Shown one piece after another: positions 9,767-20,217 of a stretch of DNA of 64,000 nucleotides. Source of the stretch: a phage; NCBI GenBank assembly GCA_012401045.1, contig GCA_012401045.1_4704.1, one strand, 5' to 3'. The notes beneath the pieces are model-generated. The model was given only the letters and a program-made list of their open reading frames with translations, made no database searches and was not told the origin of the DNA. Every line of letters starts with the position of its first letter. The first letter of the stretch is position 1. Position numbers and translations under genes: made by a program.

Positions 9767-11848
9767 ATGTTGGATAGAATCAATCGTCTAATGAACCGAA
9801 TAACGGTTAAAAATCAGAGTAACAATACCGTGCATATCGGGGGTATCGATGCCTGGCGTCTTTCAGATGACATTCAGCGAATATGGGGTACCTCCCGATT
9901 TACGAAACATATGTTTCGTAATTTCTCTTCTAGTGGACTCAGCCTCCACAACTTTTACCTCCCCGATTTCGTTTATATTCTCGAGACGATCATCGAAGCA
10001 AAGAATACCCGCAGTAACAAACGCATGCTGAAACACCTTATTGAGGTACTGCTACAGGAAACCTGGTTGCAAAATACCACAATCGAGCAACCTGCAATCC
10101 TCGATAAAGCACGCATGAACAAAATGCTAACGCTCTCTTTGTTCGATTATCAAGATGAGTTTATCGACATCTATAACCGTAACGTACCTAAATATCGACT
10201 GAAAGGATACGTGTGCGCGATGGGTGCCGGTGCGGGTAAAACGATCACCGCGTTGGCATTAAGCGCCGCAATGAACGTCGATGTATTTGTGGTCTGCTGT
10301 CCTAAGAACACGATGCGTTCAGCATGGCAATCCGATGTAAACAAAGCCATCGTTGACCCTGCAACAGAAACCGCGTTCTGGTCAGATACGATGCCACCAT
10401 CACAGCTGCAGAAAAGCGATAAGTACTATTTTCTGCATTACGAATCGATGGGTTTATTAAACGATGTAATGATCAAGCATAAACGCACCGCGAAGCGCGT
10501 GTTGATCGTGGTTGACGAAAGCCATAACTTCAACGACAAGAACAGCCAACGTTCCCAACGACTGGTTGATCTCGTACAGACGATGCGTCAGACCATGAAT
10601 GCGGATGTGCATGTCTTGTTTATGTCAGGTACGCCCGTTAAACAGATGGGTTCTGAGATGATCCCATGTTTAGGTTGTATCGACCCGATGTTCCAAGGAC
10701 AGGTGGTTGATAGCTTCAAAGCAATTTACGGTTTAACCAGCAGTCGCGCTAACGATATCCTCAGACATCGTCTTGGGTTCATGATGCATGTCGTACCTAA
10801 AGAAGCTTATCGTAAAACCCGGCCGGAAGTTCAGGATGTTTACGTGAAGCTCCCTAACGGTAGCGATTATACCATCTCAAGTATCCGCGACGACATGGCG
10901 ATATTTGTACGCGATCGGGCGAAGTATTACAAGGATAACTGGGGGCATTACAGAAAGATTTTTGATGACGCCTTGGACTACTATCGTAAGACTATTCGTA
11001 CCGACGGAGAACGTAAAGAGCTATCTCGATACGAATCGATTGTTGCTCGTTTCCAGAAAGGTTACGATCCCGTCAGAGACAAAGAAGATGCGATGTTCTG
11101 CAACACGTTTGAAAAACGTTCCATCATGCCGGTTCTTCCTTCTGATTTAAGAGTTGCTTTCAAAGACGCTAAGAGTGTCATCAAGTACGTTGGGTTGAAA
11201 ATTCAGGGTGAAGCGTTGGCACGTGTTCTAGGTGCAGCCCGCATTCAGTGTCATGTCGACATGGTGGAGTACATCGACTTCGAAGGGTACATCAACAACG
11301 CTGAAGCCAAAGTGTTGATCTTCACGTCGTACGTTCAGGTGGTTGAGCGCGTCGACAACCTGCTTCGCGATGCGGGTTTCTTACCTGAACCCATTTACGG
11401 GAAGACCAACAAAAACATCAACCAGATACTTGCTCGCTTACGGGACGATCCTGACAGCGGTCCCGCTATCGCAACATTTGATAGTTTAGCTGAAGGGGTT
11501 CCAATGTTGATGTGTAACGTGGGTCTCTTCTTGAACAATCCGTGGCGCTCATCCGATGAAATCCAGGCCATCAGCCGTCTCGACCGTGTAGGGCAAACAC
11601 AACCCGTTCGGATTTATCGTTTCATGTTAGATACAGGAAGCGAGGGTAACGTTTCTACACGCAGCCACGAAATCATGGAGTTAAGCCGACAGCTTGTTGA
11701 AGAAATCACGGGTGTCAAATACGTGGTGAACAAGCAAGACGATGTTAACTTGCAAGAAACGCTGGCGATGGAAGGATACGATCAATACGTTACCGTAAAC
11801 ACCACGGAATACGATATTAAACCACGACCTGCGTTCTTGGAATGGTGA
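9767..11848 (+). CDS. SNF2-family (SF2) helicase/ATPase
   Basis: DYQ, GAGAGKT Walker A, VVDESH, SGTP, and QAISRLDRVGQ motif VI; start moved from GTG 9719 to in-frame ATG 9767. Confidence 0.6.
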   Translation: MLDRINRLMNRITVKNQSNNTVHIGGIDAWRLSDDIQRIWGTSRFTKHMFRNFSSSGLSLHNFYLPDFVYILETIIEAKNTRSNKRMLKHLIEVLLQETWLQNTTIEQPAILDKARMNKMLTLSLFDYQDEFIDIYNRNVPKYRLKGYVCAMGAGAGKTITALALSAAMNVDVFVVCCPKNTMRSAWQSDVNKAIVDPATETAFWSDTMPPSQLQKSDKYYFLHYESMGLLNDVMIKHKRTAKRVLIVVDESHNFNDKNSQRSQRLVDLVQTMRQTMNADVHVLFMSGTPVKQMGSEMIPCLGCIDPMFQGQVVDSFKAIYGLTSSRANDILRHRLGFMMHVVPKEAYRKTRPEVQDVYVKLPNGSDYTISSIRDDMAIFVRDRAKYYKDNWGHYRKIFDDALDYYRKTIRTDGERKELSRYESIVARFQKGYDPVRDKEDAMFCNTFEKRSIMPVLPSDLRVAFKDAKSVIKYVGLKIQGEALARVLGAARIQCHVDMVEYIDFEGYINNAEAKVLIFTSYVQVVERVDNLLRDAGFLPEPIYGKTNKNINQILARLRDDPDSGPAIATFDSLAEGVPMLMCNVGLFLNNPWRSSDEIQAISRLDRVGQTQPVRIYRFMLDTGSEGNVSTRSHEIMELSRQLVEEITGVKYVVNKQDDVNLQETLAMEGYDQYVTVNTTEYDIKPRPAFLEW

Positions 11849-11947
11849 TTAAGAAGCTCTGCCTGACATCAGGCAGAGCTTTATGCTGTATTTGTTGCAA
11901 GATCGTATGACGTATATGCGTTGTACTTATTTAATAAGGCAGAATAA

Positions 11948-13402
11948 ATGAAACTTAAACAAAGCTGGAAAGACGAACTTCTCGCGTTAGTAAACAGCAA
12001 AAACAGTTTACAACTGACATTAGACGATGTAAAATTTGAACTAACGGCACCGGTAAGCGAAGTGCCTGGAACGGTCGTTGTTACAATCAAACCGAACGAT
12101 AATAGTCGCTACTTTAACGAGCAGTCTCTGACCTACATCCGTCGAGACATCGCTAAAAACTTCACTGGGATCCCGTTACGGGTCATCGTTAAAAAAGATA
12201 CCGCTGTAAGGGATATCATCAATACGATTGCTGAACGTTACGGATTGGTATTTGACACAGCCGTCGACTTCCTCGAATCCGAGCTGAATAAACAAATTAC
12301 GTTCGCAGACACCGGTATTAAAGACATTACGGTTCCGGTTGCAAACACGTCTTATGTTTGGGCGGGTAATCTTCAGTTCAATATTGCTAACGATACGTTA
12401 AGCTTGATTACTATCATCAAGAAAACCGATCTTACGAATCTGGTTTATCTGGATGGTGTTGAAGCTGACACATCTGGTTCGTTACTATTAGCAACCGCAG
12501 CACTTGTTAACGAACACGTAAATGAACCGATGGTTGAAAACGAAGATATCGTTAATGAATTTATTAACGTTCTTAATACTCTAGCCAAATATGGTGACAT
12601 AACCGGCGATGAATTAGATGCCGCCTTACAAGCGTACGATGAAGCAGAAAACAGGAATAAAACCACGGTAATAACTCTTGGTGATATCCAGTGTGTTGCA
12701 ACAGAAAAAGACGATTGGGAAATTGGACGTTTACGCGGTCAGATGGTTCTCGCGCTCAAATCCGATAAATACCCGGAGCCCGATAACACGTTCAGGTTGT
12801 TTACGAATGGTGGTGACGTATCGCTAACGTTAAACACAATGAAAGATATAAGTATCGATTGGGGTGATGGGAATAAAGTAACGTTGGATGCTGAAGAAAG
12901 ATACGCGCACCACACATACGCCGACAATAACCAGTACCAAATCGAAATTGTGTCTCGTACGGACCCAGATGTGCTGCGACCAAATTATATTTCTGGGAGT
13001 GAGATAACCGAAGTAATTCACTGGGCTACTACTTCAACAATAGCTCTGAATTTTGTTGGATGCGATAATTTAGCGACTGTTCCAGATGAGATCCCAACTT
13101 CGTGGACAACGTTGGACAGCATGTTTGAAAGTTGTACGAATTTGAATGATCCGTCTATCTCTAACTGGAATACAAGTAACATCACATCAATGAATGGTAT
13201 GTTCGGCGGATGCACTAAATTTAACCAACCTTTAGCTGCCTGGGATGTCAGCTCAGTAACTGACATTGGTGGTATGTTTAACGGATGCAACAGTTTTAAC
13301 CAAGATTTAAGTGGGTGGCGATTACCGTCAGGAGTAACCCACGACAATTACGATAGTGGTGCTTTCTCGTGGCAGACGGAACATAAACCGACGTTCCAGT
13401 AA
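11948..13402 (+). CDS. protein with C-terminal BspA-type repeats
   Basis: Repeats of the form MFxxCxxFNQxLxxWxVSxVTxMxxMF in the last ~100 residues. Confidence 0.5.
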   Translation: MKLKQSWKDELLALVNSKNSLQLTLDDVKFELTAPVSEVPGTVVVTIKPNDNSRYFNEQSLTYIRRDIAKNFTGIPLRVIVKKDTAVRDIINTIAERYGLVFDTAVDFLESELNKQITFADTGIKDITVPVANTSYVWAGNLQFNIANDTLSLITIIKKTDLTNLVYLDGVEADTSGSLLLATAALVNEHVNEPMVENEDIVNEFINVLNTLAKYGDITGDELDAALQAYDEAENRNKTTVITLGDIQCVATEKDDWEIGRLRGQMVLALKSDKYPEPDNTFRLFTNGGDVSLTLNTMKDISIDWGDGNKVTLDAEERYAHHTYADNNQYQIEIVSRTDPDVLRPNYISGSEITEVIHWATTSTIALNFVGCDNLATVPDEIPTSWTTLDSMFESCTNLNDPSISNWNTSNITSMNGMFGGCTKFNQPLAAWDVSSVTDIGGMFNGCNSFNQDLSGWRLPSGVTHDNYDSGAFSWQTEHKPTFQ

Positions 13403-13422
13403 AAAAAAAATAGTTAGCCTAT

Positions 13423-13455
13423 CTTCCTCCCTACCCATAACGGGCGGGGAGGAAG
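13423..13455 (+). terminator. intrinsic terminator-like hairpin followed by TTTTATGG
   Basis: CTTCCTCCC/GGGAGGAAG 9-bp stem 20 nt after the stop of 11948..13402, in a convergent gap. Confidence 0.45.
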
Positions 13456-13473
13456 GTTTTATGGCGTTATGAC

Positions 13474-13812
13474 TTAGAACCAGAGTTCTTTCATGAAGTA
13501 GGCTTCCGTATCGTAGATAAGCCACTCATCAGGGATTTCTAAAGGATCGTCTTCGGTTAAGGTGAGCATGTGCAGGGCGAACGCACGCTTAATATCTTCC
13601 AACAGCTTATCATCACCGTAACCTTCGGGTAGTTTACGGTCAGCCAGCTGAGTTTGTTTATAGACATCGCGGAACGCTTCAGGATTATGTTTATCCATCG
13701 GGAATTGTTCAGCAGCCTGAACCATCGAAAGCGTCCAGCTTACAACATTGTAACGCTCACCGTTAATTTCACTGAACTGATCATCGATTAAACAGATTTG
13801 TTGTATATTCAT
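13474..13812 (-). CDS. hypothetical protein (112 aa)
   Basis: ORF track. Confidence 0.45.
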   Translation of the reverse strand: MNIQQICLIDDQFSEINGERYNVVSWTLSMVQAAEQFPMDKHNPEAFRDVYKQTQLADRKLPEGYGDDKLLEDIKRAFALHMLTLTEDDPLEIPDEWLIYDTEAYFMKELWF

Positions 13813-14702
13813 TCATTTTCTCCATTCTTATCTTGGTCGCAATCACACTCTTCGACGTCTTTCTTACTTAAACGTAAGACACCGAGTGCGGCATGCTTGA
13901 GTTCTTGCAACGCGCTTTTCAGCTGACCTTCTTCATCGAAATCAAAATACTTCTCGTTGTAGCTTAATGCCGGAATCATATTTACGAGAGGTTCGATGGC
14001 GGGCATCAGCATTTCAATGACGACCTTAGGATCGACAAAGCGTTCAAACCCTTCAGGAAGTTTGCTCGCCACAACCTTATCGTTCTTGATGTAGAATTTG
14101 TTCTTGAATAGATCGTCAAGAATAGCATTCTCTTCATCCGTACGTTTTGCGTGAGGACGATCGATCATCTGCACAAACACACCGCTCAACGCTTCAGGCA
14201 AAGTCGGATTTTCACGAAGATAAGTTCCGGCCGGAATTTCAATATCGATCTTCGCCCACTCAACAACCTGGTGGTCTCGCGTATAGATGACGTCAACTTC
14301 CCATGCCAGACCGTCCGGACTTTCCACGGTGTAACGTGTTTTCGCTTGACCTTCCGGAGCCATACGCTCGATCGCGTCAAACATCTCGACTGGAATTTCG
14401 ACCTCGCTTTCCGTTGCATCACCTGGACCACGATACACCTTCGTGGTCATGATGTATTTCGGTTCTTCGTTATCGATCTGTATCGCACGTGCTCGTACTT
14501 GACCTTTCACACCACCAACGGCCGTGTTATCAAACAACCATTGATGCTGCACCATATGTTCGATTTTTGATGCGACTTGACGAAGACGTTCAACACCGTC
14601 TTCAGCCAGTTTACCAAAGAAGACCAGCTCACGTTCCTGCTGTGTCTCACCACTTAACATCATTAAATTGGCGATTTGTTTCACGCCTCTTACGTGTGAC
14701 AT
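13809..14702 (-). CDS. hypothetical acidic protein (297 aa)
   Basis: ORF track. Confidence 0.45.
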   Translation of the reverse strand: MSHVRGVKQIANLMMLSGETQQERELVFFGKLAEDGVERLRQVASKIEHMVQHQWLFDNTAVGGVKGQVRARAIQIDNEEPKYIMTTKVYRGPGDATESEVEIPVEMFDAIERMAPEGQAKTRYTVESPDGLAWEVDVIYTRDHQVVEWAKIDIEIPAGTYLRENPTLPEALSGVFVQMIDRPHAKRTDEENAILDDLFKNKFYIKNDKVVASKLPEGFERFVDPKVVIEMLMPAIEPLVNMIPALSYNEKYFDFDEEGQLKSALQELKHAALGVLRLSKKDVEECDCDQDKNGENE

Positions 14703-14770
14703 ACATGCTCCGGTTATAAGGGCCTGCTTCGAGACCCTTCATTGATTTTTGATTCCACCAAACGCTATCG

Positions 14771-17032
14771 TTACAATTCAAAATCTTCATCGATAACACG
14801 CTGGGTAAGCACTTTGTCGCTGAAGAACTCCACCTTGCGCTGATGGTATTTACGGTGCGCTTCGATAGAAGTACATACCAGATACCAGAACGTTGGCGTC
14901 ATTCCTTCAAACTTTCCTTTCAGCTGACGCAGTCGCCCCAACACCTGAATGTTACCGGTTCGTGACCCCATCGCTAATGTCATGAACGTCATCACCAAGT
15001 CAGGAAGGTCGATACCTGTACCTGCCGATTTCACCGTTGTAACGCTAATATCGTTATCCAGCAAGACCATGAAATCTTCTTCAGCGGTATAAGGACCGAT
15101 CTCTAACTCAGGGATACGTTCACTGAGATAATGCGACAACGACTTACACATATCGACGGTTGCACAATACACCAGCATCTTCATACCTTCCTGATACTGG
15201 TTCATGAAACCCTTGATAATAACGGTATAGATGAAGTTAAAATACGCGAGTTTGAGTTGCTTGTTCTTCATGATAGACTGTTCGAATATCGTGTGTGAAT
15301 AAGCTCCACCAAACCCTTTGTATCTGACTTTATCTGTACTGCGTAGTCGGTACGTTACCGCATTTACCGCAATGTATTTCTTGTATTCGCCTTTCGCATA
15401 ACGAGCTTCTTTCGGATACATCAAATACAGCATCTGTTCGATAAACGGATCATCGGATACCGCTGTTGCCGACAGATAAATGATTTCCGGAATATTGGCG
15501 TAACACTTGACCTTAAACAAGAAATGCAATGCTTCGTGACACTCGTCATGAATCAGCAAACCTATGCCGGTCTTTTCCCAAAACTCAGCGGGATGAAAGG
15601 CATATGGCGCAACGCAGTTATTCTTCTCGTAGTCCGCAATATAACGTTGGAACATGTTCAAGGAGAACAATGCGATTTTAAAGTCGAGTTCACCTTGTTC
15701 AACCAAGGTTTGAAACTCCAACATACTGTAACGAGGAATGTCGGGATGCGGTGGATCCTCCTTAGCGTTCCCGCGTATCTCGATAACGTCCCCTGGTTCC
15801 ATCCCGAAGAAGTTCAGCAGTGAGCTTCGCCAACCTGGCATATACCGTGGAGAAAGTATAATGCCTGTGCGCACACCCCGTCTGAACACGATTTCCTGCG
15901 ACATCGCGGTGTTATGCGTGACGATGTGGTCTTTAATAACATAAAGGCTTTCGTCATTGTCCACCGTGATGCAACGTGCTTTCGCTTTCACTGTCGGTAC
16001 GATGCTATCAATCGCTAAACCAGGAAGCCGGTTAACGGGGAGATCGTCTGGAACCTCAATGTCGTCAGGAATAAGCTTACGCAAATCGGAATGATAAATT
16101 AATGTCTCCATCGTGTAACTATCGATGGGGCATTTATACGCGATTCCTCCTAACTGATAAGCCAACTCCCAAACCTTGGCCGTTATCTGCGAATCGACGG
16201 TTCTGACCGCAAGGTGAGCTTGCCCGTTTCTGATTCTCAGTTCACAGCGACCTTTGATTACCGCCTTAAATTCCTCGATACCGACGAGTTCTTTCGGTTC
16301 GTAAAGTCGGATTCTTATTGGACGAGATCGAGCAGGTCTGTCGTAAAGACATTCCATGATTTCGTCCGTGCTGAGAACCTTATCGGGGTCAGTACACCGC
16401 CAGAGATGATCGCCACACGCTTCAACCATCCTACCGTCTTCAAAGAAGATAGCATGAAGCTGAATATCGTCATGATCAAATATAGCGGTTACGTTCGTCG
16501 GTAACCCATCCGCACCAACAACCTGATCCCCTACCTGAAGCTCACCAATCGGCTTCCAACCTCCTGGAACCTTCACGGGTGTGGTAAGCCGTACCGCTTT
16601 CCCTGACCCCGTTTGAGCGGTGTTTAGGCTCATTCTGAAGGGGGTATCCTTACCCCCGTCCATGTACTCCAACCATTCTTGCTGATCTTCACGCCATGGA
16701 AACTTCCATTTCTTTACGAACTCCACTTCTTTACCTGGTACCGGATCGTGATAGACGATTTCCAACCACTCTTTTCGTATCCCTCGGGAAAAGATAAAAT
16801 CCAAAAACGATTTCAACTGTTCACGGAGTAAGTATACCTCGCTATAATCGCTTCTTGCCGCGGCATACGTGTTTATGGTATCGGTAACCATTCTCCGTGT
16901 ACGAGGGTCACGCCGTTTCCTCAGATGCAAACAACGGTCTCGAAGGTAATGGCCGATAAGATGGGCAAATCGAAGTCCGTATCCGCTCAGCCTCATGCCA
17001 TGCGAGAAGACGTCGATACGAGCTAACTTCAT
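14771..17032 (-). CDS. SF2 DExH-box helicase whose P-loop is interrupted by an intein
   Basis: AQTGSGK then intein then T (restores Walker A); LIHDECHE Walker B; QVLGRLRQ motif VI; start ATG overlaps the TGA of the upstream gene. Confidence 0.6.
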   Translation of the reverse strand: MKLARIDVFSHGMRLSGYGLRFAHLIGHYLRDRCLHLRKRRDPRTRRMVTDTINTYAAARSDYSEVYLLREQLKSFLDFIFSRGIRKEWLEIVYHDPVPGKEVEFVKKWKFPWREDQQEWLEYMDGGKDTPFRMSLNTAQTGSGKAVRLTTPVKVPGGWKPIGELQVGDQVVGADGLPTNVTAIFDHDDIQLHAIFFEDGRMVEACGDHLWRCTDPDKVLSTDEIMECLYDRPARSRPIRIRLYEPKELVGIEEFKAVIKGRCELRIRNGQAHLAVRTVDSQITAKVWELAYQLGGIAYKCPIDSYTMETLIYHSDLRKLIPDDIEVPDDLPVNRLPGLAIDSIVPTVKAKARCITVDNDESLYVIKDHIVTHNTAMSQEIVFRRGVRTGIILSPRYMPGWRSSLLNFFGMEPGDVIEIRGNAKEDPPHPDIPRYSMLEFQTLVEQGELDFKIALFSLNMFQRYIADYEKNNCVAPYAFHPAEFWEKTGIGLLIHDECHEALHFLFKVKCYANIPEIIYLSATAVSDDPFIEQMLYLMYPKEARYAKGEYKKYIAVNAVTYRLRSTDKVRYKGFGGAYSHTIFEQSIMKNKQLKLAYFNFIYTVIIKGFMNQYQEGMKMLVYCATVDMCKSLSHYLSERIPELEIGPYTAEEDFMVLLDNDISVTTVKSAGTGIDLPDLVMTFMTLAMGSRTGNIQVLGRLRQLKGKFEGMTPTFWYLVCTSIEAHRKYHQRKVEFFSDKVLTQRVIDEDFEL
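15911..16597 (-). mobile_element. intein, 229 aa, class-3-like (Ala1, Trp/Cys/Thr triplet)
   Basis: Hint blocks GWKPIGELQVGDQVVGADG, CITVDNDESLYVIKDHIVTHN then Thr; inserted between Lys and Thr of GSGKT. Confidence 0.6.
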
Positions 17033-19035
17033 AACGTGATTACATCCTCCGGTTTAGGTTCTTTACGCGGTAACAGCATGTAGTCGATCGGATGATCCGG
17101 CTTCATGGTTGGGATATAACTGTTCGGGTTTTGGAACGCATCCAGTTGCTCTTGGTGAGCGAACTTCATACTCAAGGAGCGCATGTTCATGTTCTTCTTG
17201 AAGGTACTGAAGTATCGTGTTGTTCCCTGTTTCGGCATGCGATAATCTTTCGTGTGTGGCGAACGAATCATGCTGGCGTAGAGAATAACATCGAGATGCG
17301 AAAGGTTCATTCGTAGGCGCTGGGCACACAGACGATGCCAATAATACAGCACGTTTGCAACTTCTTCCGGTGTTGCTTCGTCTTCCGAGAGGAATCCGGC
17401 ACTGAAAGAACCTTTCCCGAATTTGAATTCACGTTCGATTTCTTTTGCGTACTCCATCATGTTTTTGTGGATTAACGGCATCTGGAATAACATACGTGAA
17501 TTGTCCCAATGTTTCAAGTCGAAAATCACAATCCCGTCAGACGTCACTTCCCAGCTATGGCGTTTAAGATAACGGATAAACGCTTTACTCGGTACAACAG
17601 GACGGCCGCAGAAATCGAAATTGACTTTGAGCTTACGATAGCTTTCATCTTTCCTGTCGTAAATCTCCATATCGCAAAGCGTCATGTTAAACAGACGTTG
17701 CGGTATCAGCGAACCGATTTCTTCCGCTTCCGCTACGTCGTACAACATGTTTGCAAGACCTAACTTCATCTTAATCAACACGTGTTTACCTTTCAGCTCA
17801 CGTGCGAGTTTGATGTCGTTCATGTTCTGGCTATAGCGAAGGATATGTTGATATTCCGGTGGGATTGGTGCTGTGGATACCGTTGACGAACCATCGTGGT
17901 GTTTGGTAGAAAGAATGTTCTGCGTTACCTGTTGCGAACAGGTACGCGCTGCACCATCGCCGACATTATCAGTCAATGCGAAGTTATGGCTTAATTCACC
18001 ATAACACGTCGTACATACCCCAGCAGGATCGGGATGATGACAATAGTTAACGGAGCGCATGCGCACCGTCGTGCCGATCAATTCTTTCATGTGTGGTTGT
18101 ATCGCTACCAACGAACCGTCATCACGAATAATGAATCGACCATGGAAGCCACGCAGGTCGGTCTCATCACGGATTGGCATCGGGATGGTCTCTTTACTAC
18201 CACAATCACCAGGATGAAGTCGTTGTACAACCGCTGTCGCTATCTGAAGTTCACGACCGAAATATTCAGACTTTTTAATCTGCTCTTTGTTGAACAGCAA
18301 CGATTTCGCCGCAGAACGACTTTCTTTCAAGCTGTCGGGAAGAGAGATCAAACCAGCTGCGTACGACCGCATTACTGGATCACGGAATATCTCGGAGTTA
18401 ATATCAGTCAAGAATCCACGCATCCCAATACACTGTAGCACCTGCCCAATCGAAACGTGTTCGGTTCTTACCGCACGTGCAATAGGGTTTGCATGTAACG
18501 TTTTATCGGTGCTCAGTACCTTGGTCAGTTTCTTGTATGCGCTTTCGATACCTTCACGGGTGGGTTCCGCTTCGGCGATGATTTTCTTAACTTCGGGGTG
18601 TACAGTAATCTGATAAAAATCATCCGCGCAAATCGTTGTTACGTATTCCTCCAACGCATACGTAAAGAAGTTATACACATTGTTAAACATATCGAACAAT
18701 GCTTTCCAGAGAACCTCACGATTCTCTTGTGGGTAAGCATACATGCATTGACGATACGCGGCGCTTTGCAACGCAACCGATGAACCCGCTGTGAACTTGC
18801 GTTTATCAACCAGGTTCTCTTTTGTCAGTGGTGTCTCAGGATACATGCGATGCACAGACCAGTGCATGTAACTAAAGAAAATGCGTCGCGCACGCAATTC
18901 ATGAACGCCATCGTCCATCTCGATATATACACGGTCATTAGGCTGTGCCCACTCGAACACCTCATCAACCGGCCAATGCATAAGCTCGCGTGCCCTCACA
19001 CGACGTTTCGTGGTGGTCGTCTGTGTTATAGTCAT
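17029..19035 (-). CDS. multisubunit RNA polymerase beta-prime, C-terminal fragment
   Basis: CHHPDPAGVCTTCYGEL...GDGAARTCSQQVTQNIL aligns to E. coli beta-prime CDTDFGVCAHCYGRD...GEPGTQLTMRTFH; GMRG and PGDC match the bridge-helix region. Confidence 0.65.
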   Translation of the reverse strand: MTITQTTTTKRRVRARELMHWPVDEVFEWAQPNDRVYIEMDDGVHELRARRIFFSYMHWSVHRMYPETPLTKENLVDKRKFTAGSSVALQSAAYRQCMYAYPQENREVLWKALFDMFNNVYNFFTYALEEYVTTICADDFYQITVHPEVKKIIAEAEPTREGIESAYKKLTKVLSTDKTLHANPIARAVRTEHVSIGQVLQCIGMRGFLTDINSEIFRDPVMRSYAAGLISLPDSLKESRSAAKSLLFNKEQIKKSEYFGRELQIATAVVQRLHPGDCGSKETIPMPIRDETDLRGFHGRFIIRDDGSLVAIQPHMKELIGTTVRMRSVNYCHHPDPAGVCTTCYGELSHNFALTDNVGDGAARTCSQQVTQNILSTKHHDGSSTVSTAPIPPEYQHILRYSQNMNDIKLARELKGKHVLIKMKLGLANMLYDVAEAEEIGSLIPQRLFNMTLCDMEIYDRKDESYRKLKVNFDFCGRPVVPSKAFIRYLKRHSWEVTSDGIVIFDLKHWDNSRMLFQMPLIHKNMMEYAKEIEREFKFGKGSFSAGFLSEDEATPEEVANVLYYWHRLCAQRLRMNLSHLDVILYASMIRSPHTKDYRMPKQGTTRYFSTFKKNMNMRSLSMKFAHQEQLDAFQNPNSYIPTMKPDHPIDYMLLPRKEPKPEDVITL

Positions 19036-19180
19036 TATTGCTTTCCGATTTAAATGGTTTTATCATACGGTTTACCAAATCCGTTGGACTTTACTATCGT
19101 TGTGATAGCATCGGGAATCCCTTCCCTTAGGTTATGTAGGTGTTAATATATCTCCACTGCTGACCTTTATGTCGGCAGCA

Positions 19181-19666
19181 CTATCCAGCTTTCTGTTGTA
19201 AAGCGTATGGATCCATAGCGTCTGACATATCCGCAAAAACGGTGAGAATAAACCCCTTTATCTGTCTCACCTCGGTTACACGAAGCCCTTTATCATTGCG
19301 ATATACGTTTTCTTCACCGACTAACTTTGGTCGAATAACATAAACTCCATCAACAAGCGGGAATGTCGGATACGGATAAATACCAATACGAATGATGTTT
19401 GGGTGATCGCCTAGAAGGTCACGTCCAAACTTATCGACTCGACCATAAATCGCCCCATCCGCACCTTCCACTTCAATGAGATCATTTCGAATATCCTGAA
19501 ATAGTTGCTCTAACGTGTCGGCGGGATACGTATATGCGATGCCTAACGCAGGATCCTCGATCGTTTTGACACTGAAACCGTTAAGCCAAACAATCCGTTC
19601 ATCCGCCCATGTTTCTTCATATACCGTTAATCCATCGCCGTATATGTTGGCGTGTGCTATCTCCAT
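19181..19666 (-). CDS. hypothetical protein (161 aa)
   Basis: ORF track. Confidence 0.45.
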   Translation of the reverse strand: MEIAHANIYGDGLTVYEETWADERIVWLNGFSVKTIEDPALGIAYTYPADTLEQLFQDIRNDLIEVEGADGAIYGRVDKFGRDLLGDHPNIIRIGIYPYPTFPLVDGVYVIRPKLVGEENVYRNDKGLRVTEVRQIKGFILTVFADMSDAMDPYALQQKAG

Positions 19667-19779
19667 AATCTCATTTCCTCTTCTACGTAGAAATAGATGA
19701 CATGTTGGATATACGTTGCCTTTGCATATATTGCTTTATTTCCGTCAGAAATAACGGAAAATAAAACAACGACATAGTT

Positions 19780-19809
19780 CCCTCCCACCTCCACGTGGGA
19801 GAGGGAGGG
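19780..19809 (-). terminator. CCCTCCC...GGGAGGG hairpin with internal CCACGTGG palindrome
   Basis: Intergenic inverted repeat between 19823..20185 and 19181..19666. Confidence 0.35.
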
Positions 19810-19822
19810 CTATTCGTGTTTA

Positions 19823-20185
19823 TTACTCTATGCTATCTTCGTCCGTATCTTCCTCTTCAGAACCATCGAACGTTTTCTGCACCGCTGTGGTATCCCAGTT
19901 AGCTGCGTAATCAGCCATCGCTTCGCGCAGCGCTTCTTCACCAGCATCACCAGCCAGGTCAAGTACAACTAAACCCTGTGCGACGTTTTGAGCAACGGTA
20001 TCGATAACGGTTGCATCTTCTTCAAAACTACGTACCGGTTCAATGGTACCTACATCAACAGCGTAGTTCGTGGTTGCTGTAAGCACGGCGACTTGTAGCG
20101 CATTGCTATCTTCATCATGCAGTGCTGCTTCAATACCGATTGGACGAGCCAGTTCTTGCAGTGTTAATTTGCGAATTAAGTTCAT
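19823..20185 (-). CDS. small acidic protein, paralog family member
   Basis: Shares LxLQELxR and GLxxLxLxGxxG patterns with 20218..20565 and 20683..21093. Confidence 0.45.
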   Translation of the reverse strand: MNLIRKLTLQELARPIGIEAALHDEDSNALQVAVLTATTNYAVDVGTIEPVRSFEEDATVIDTVAQNVAQGLVVLDLAGDAGEEALREAMADYAANWDTTAVQKTFDGSEEEDTDEDSIE

Positions 20186-20217
20186 TATGTTTTCCTCAGG
20201 TGAATGTTAGCAATCGT

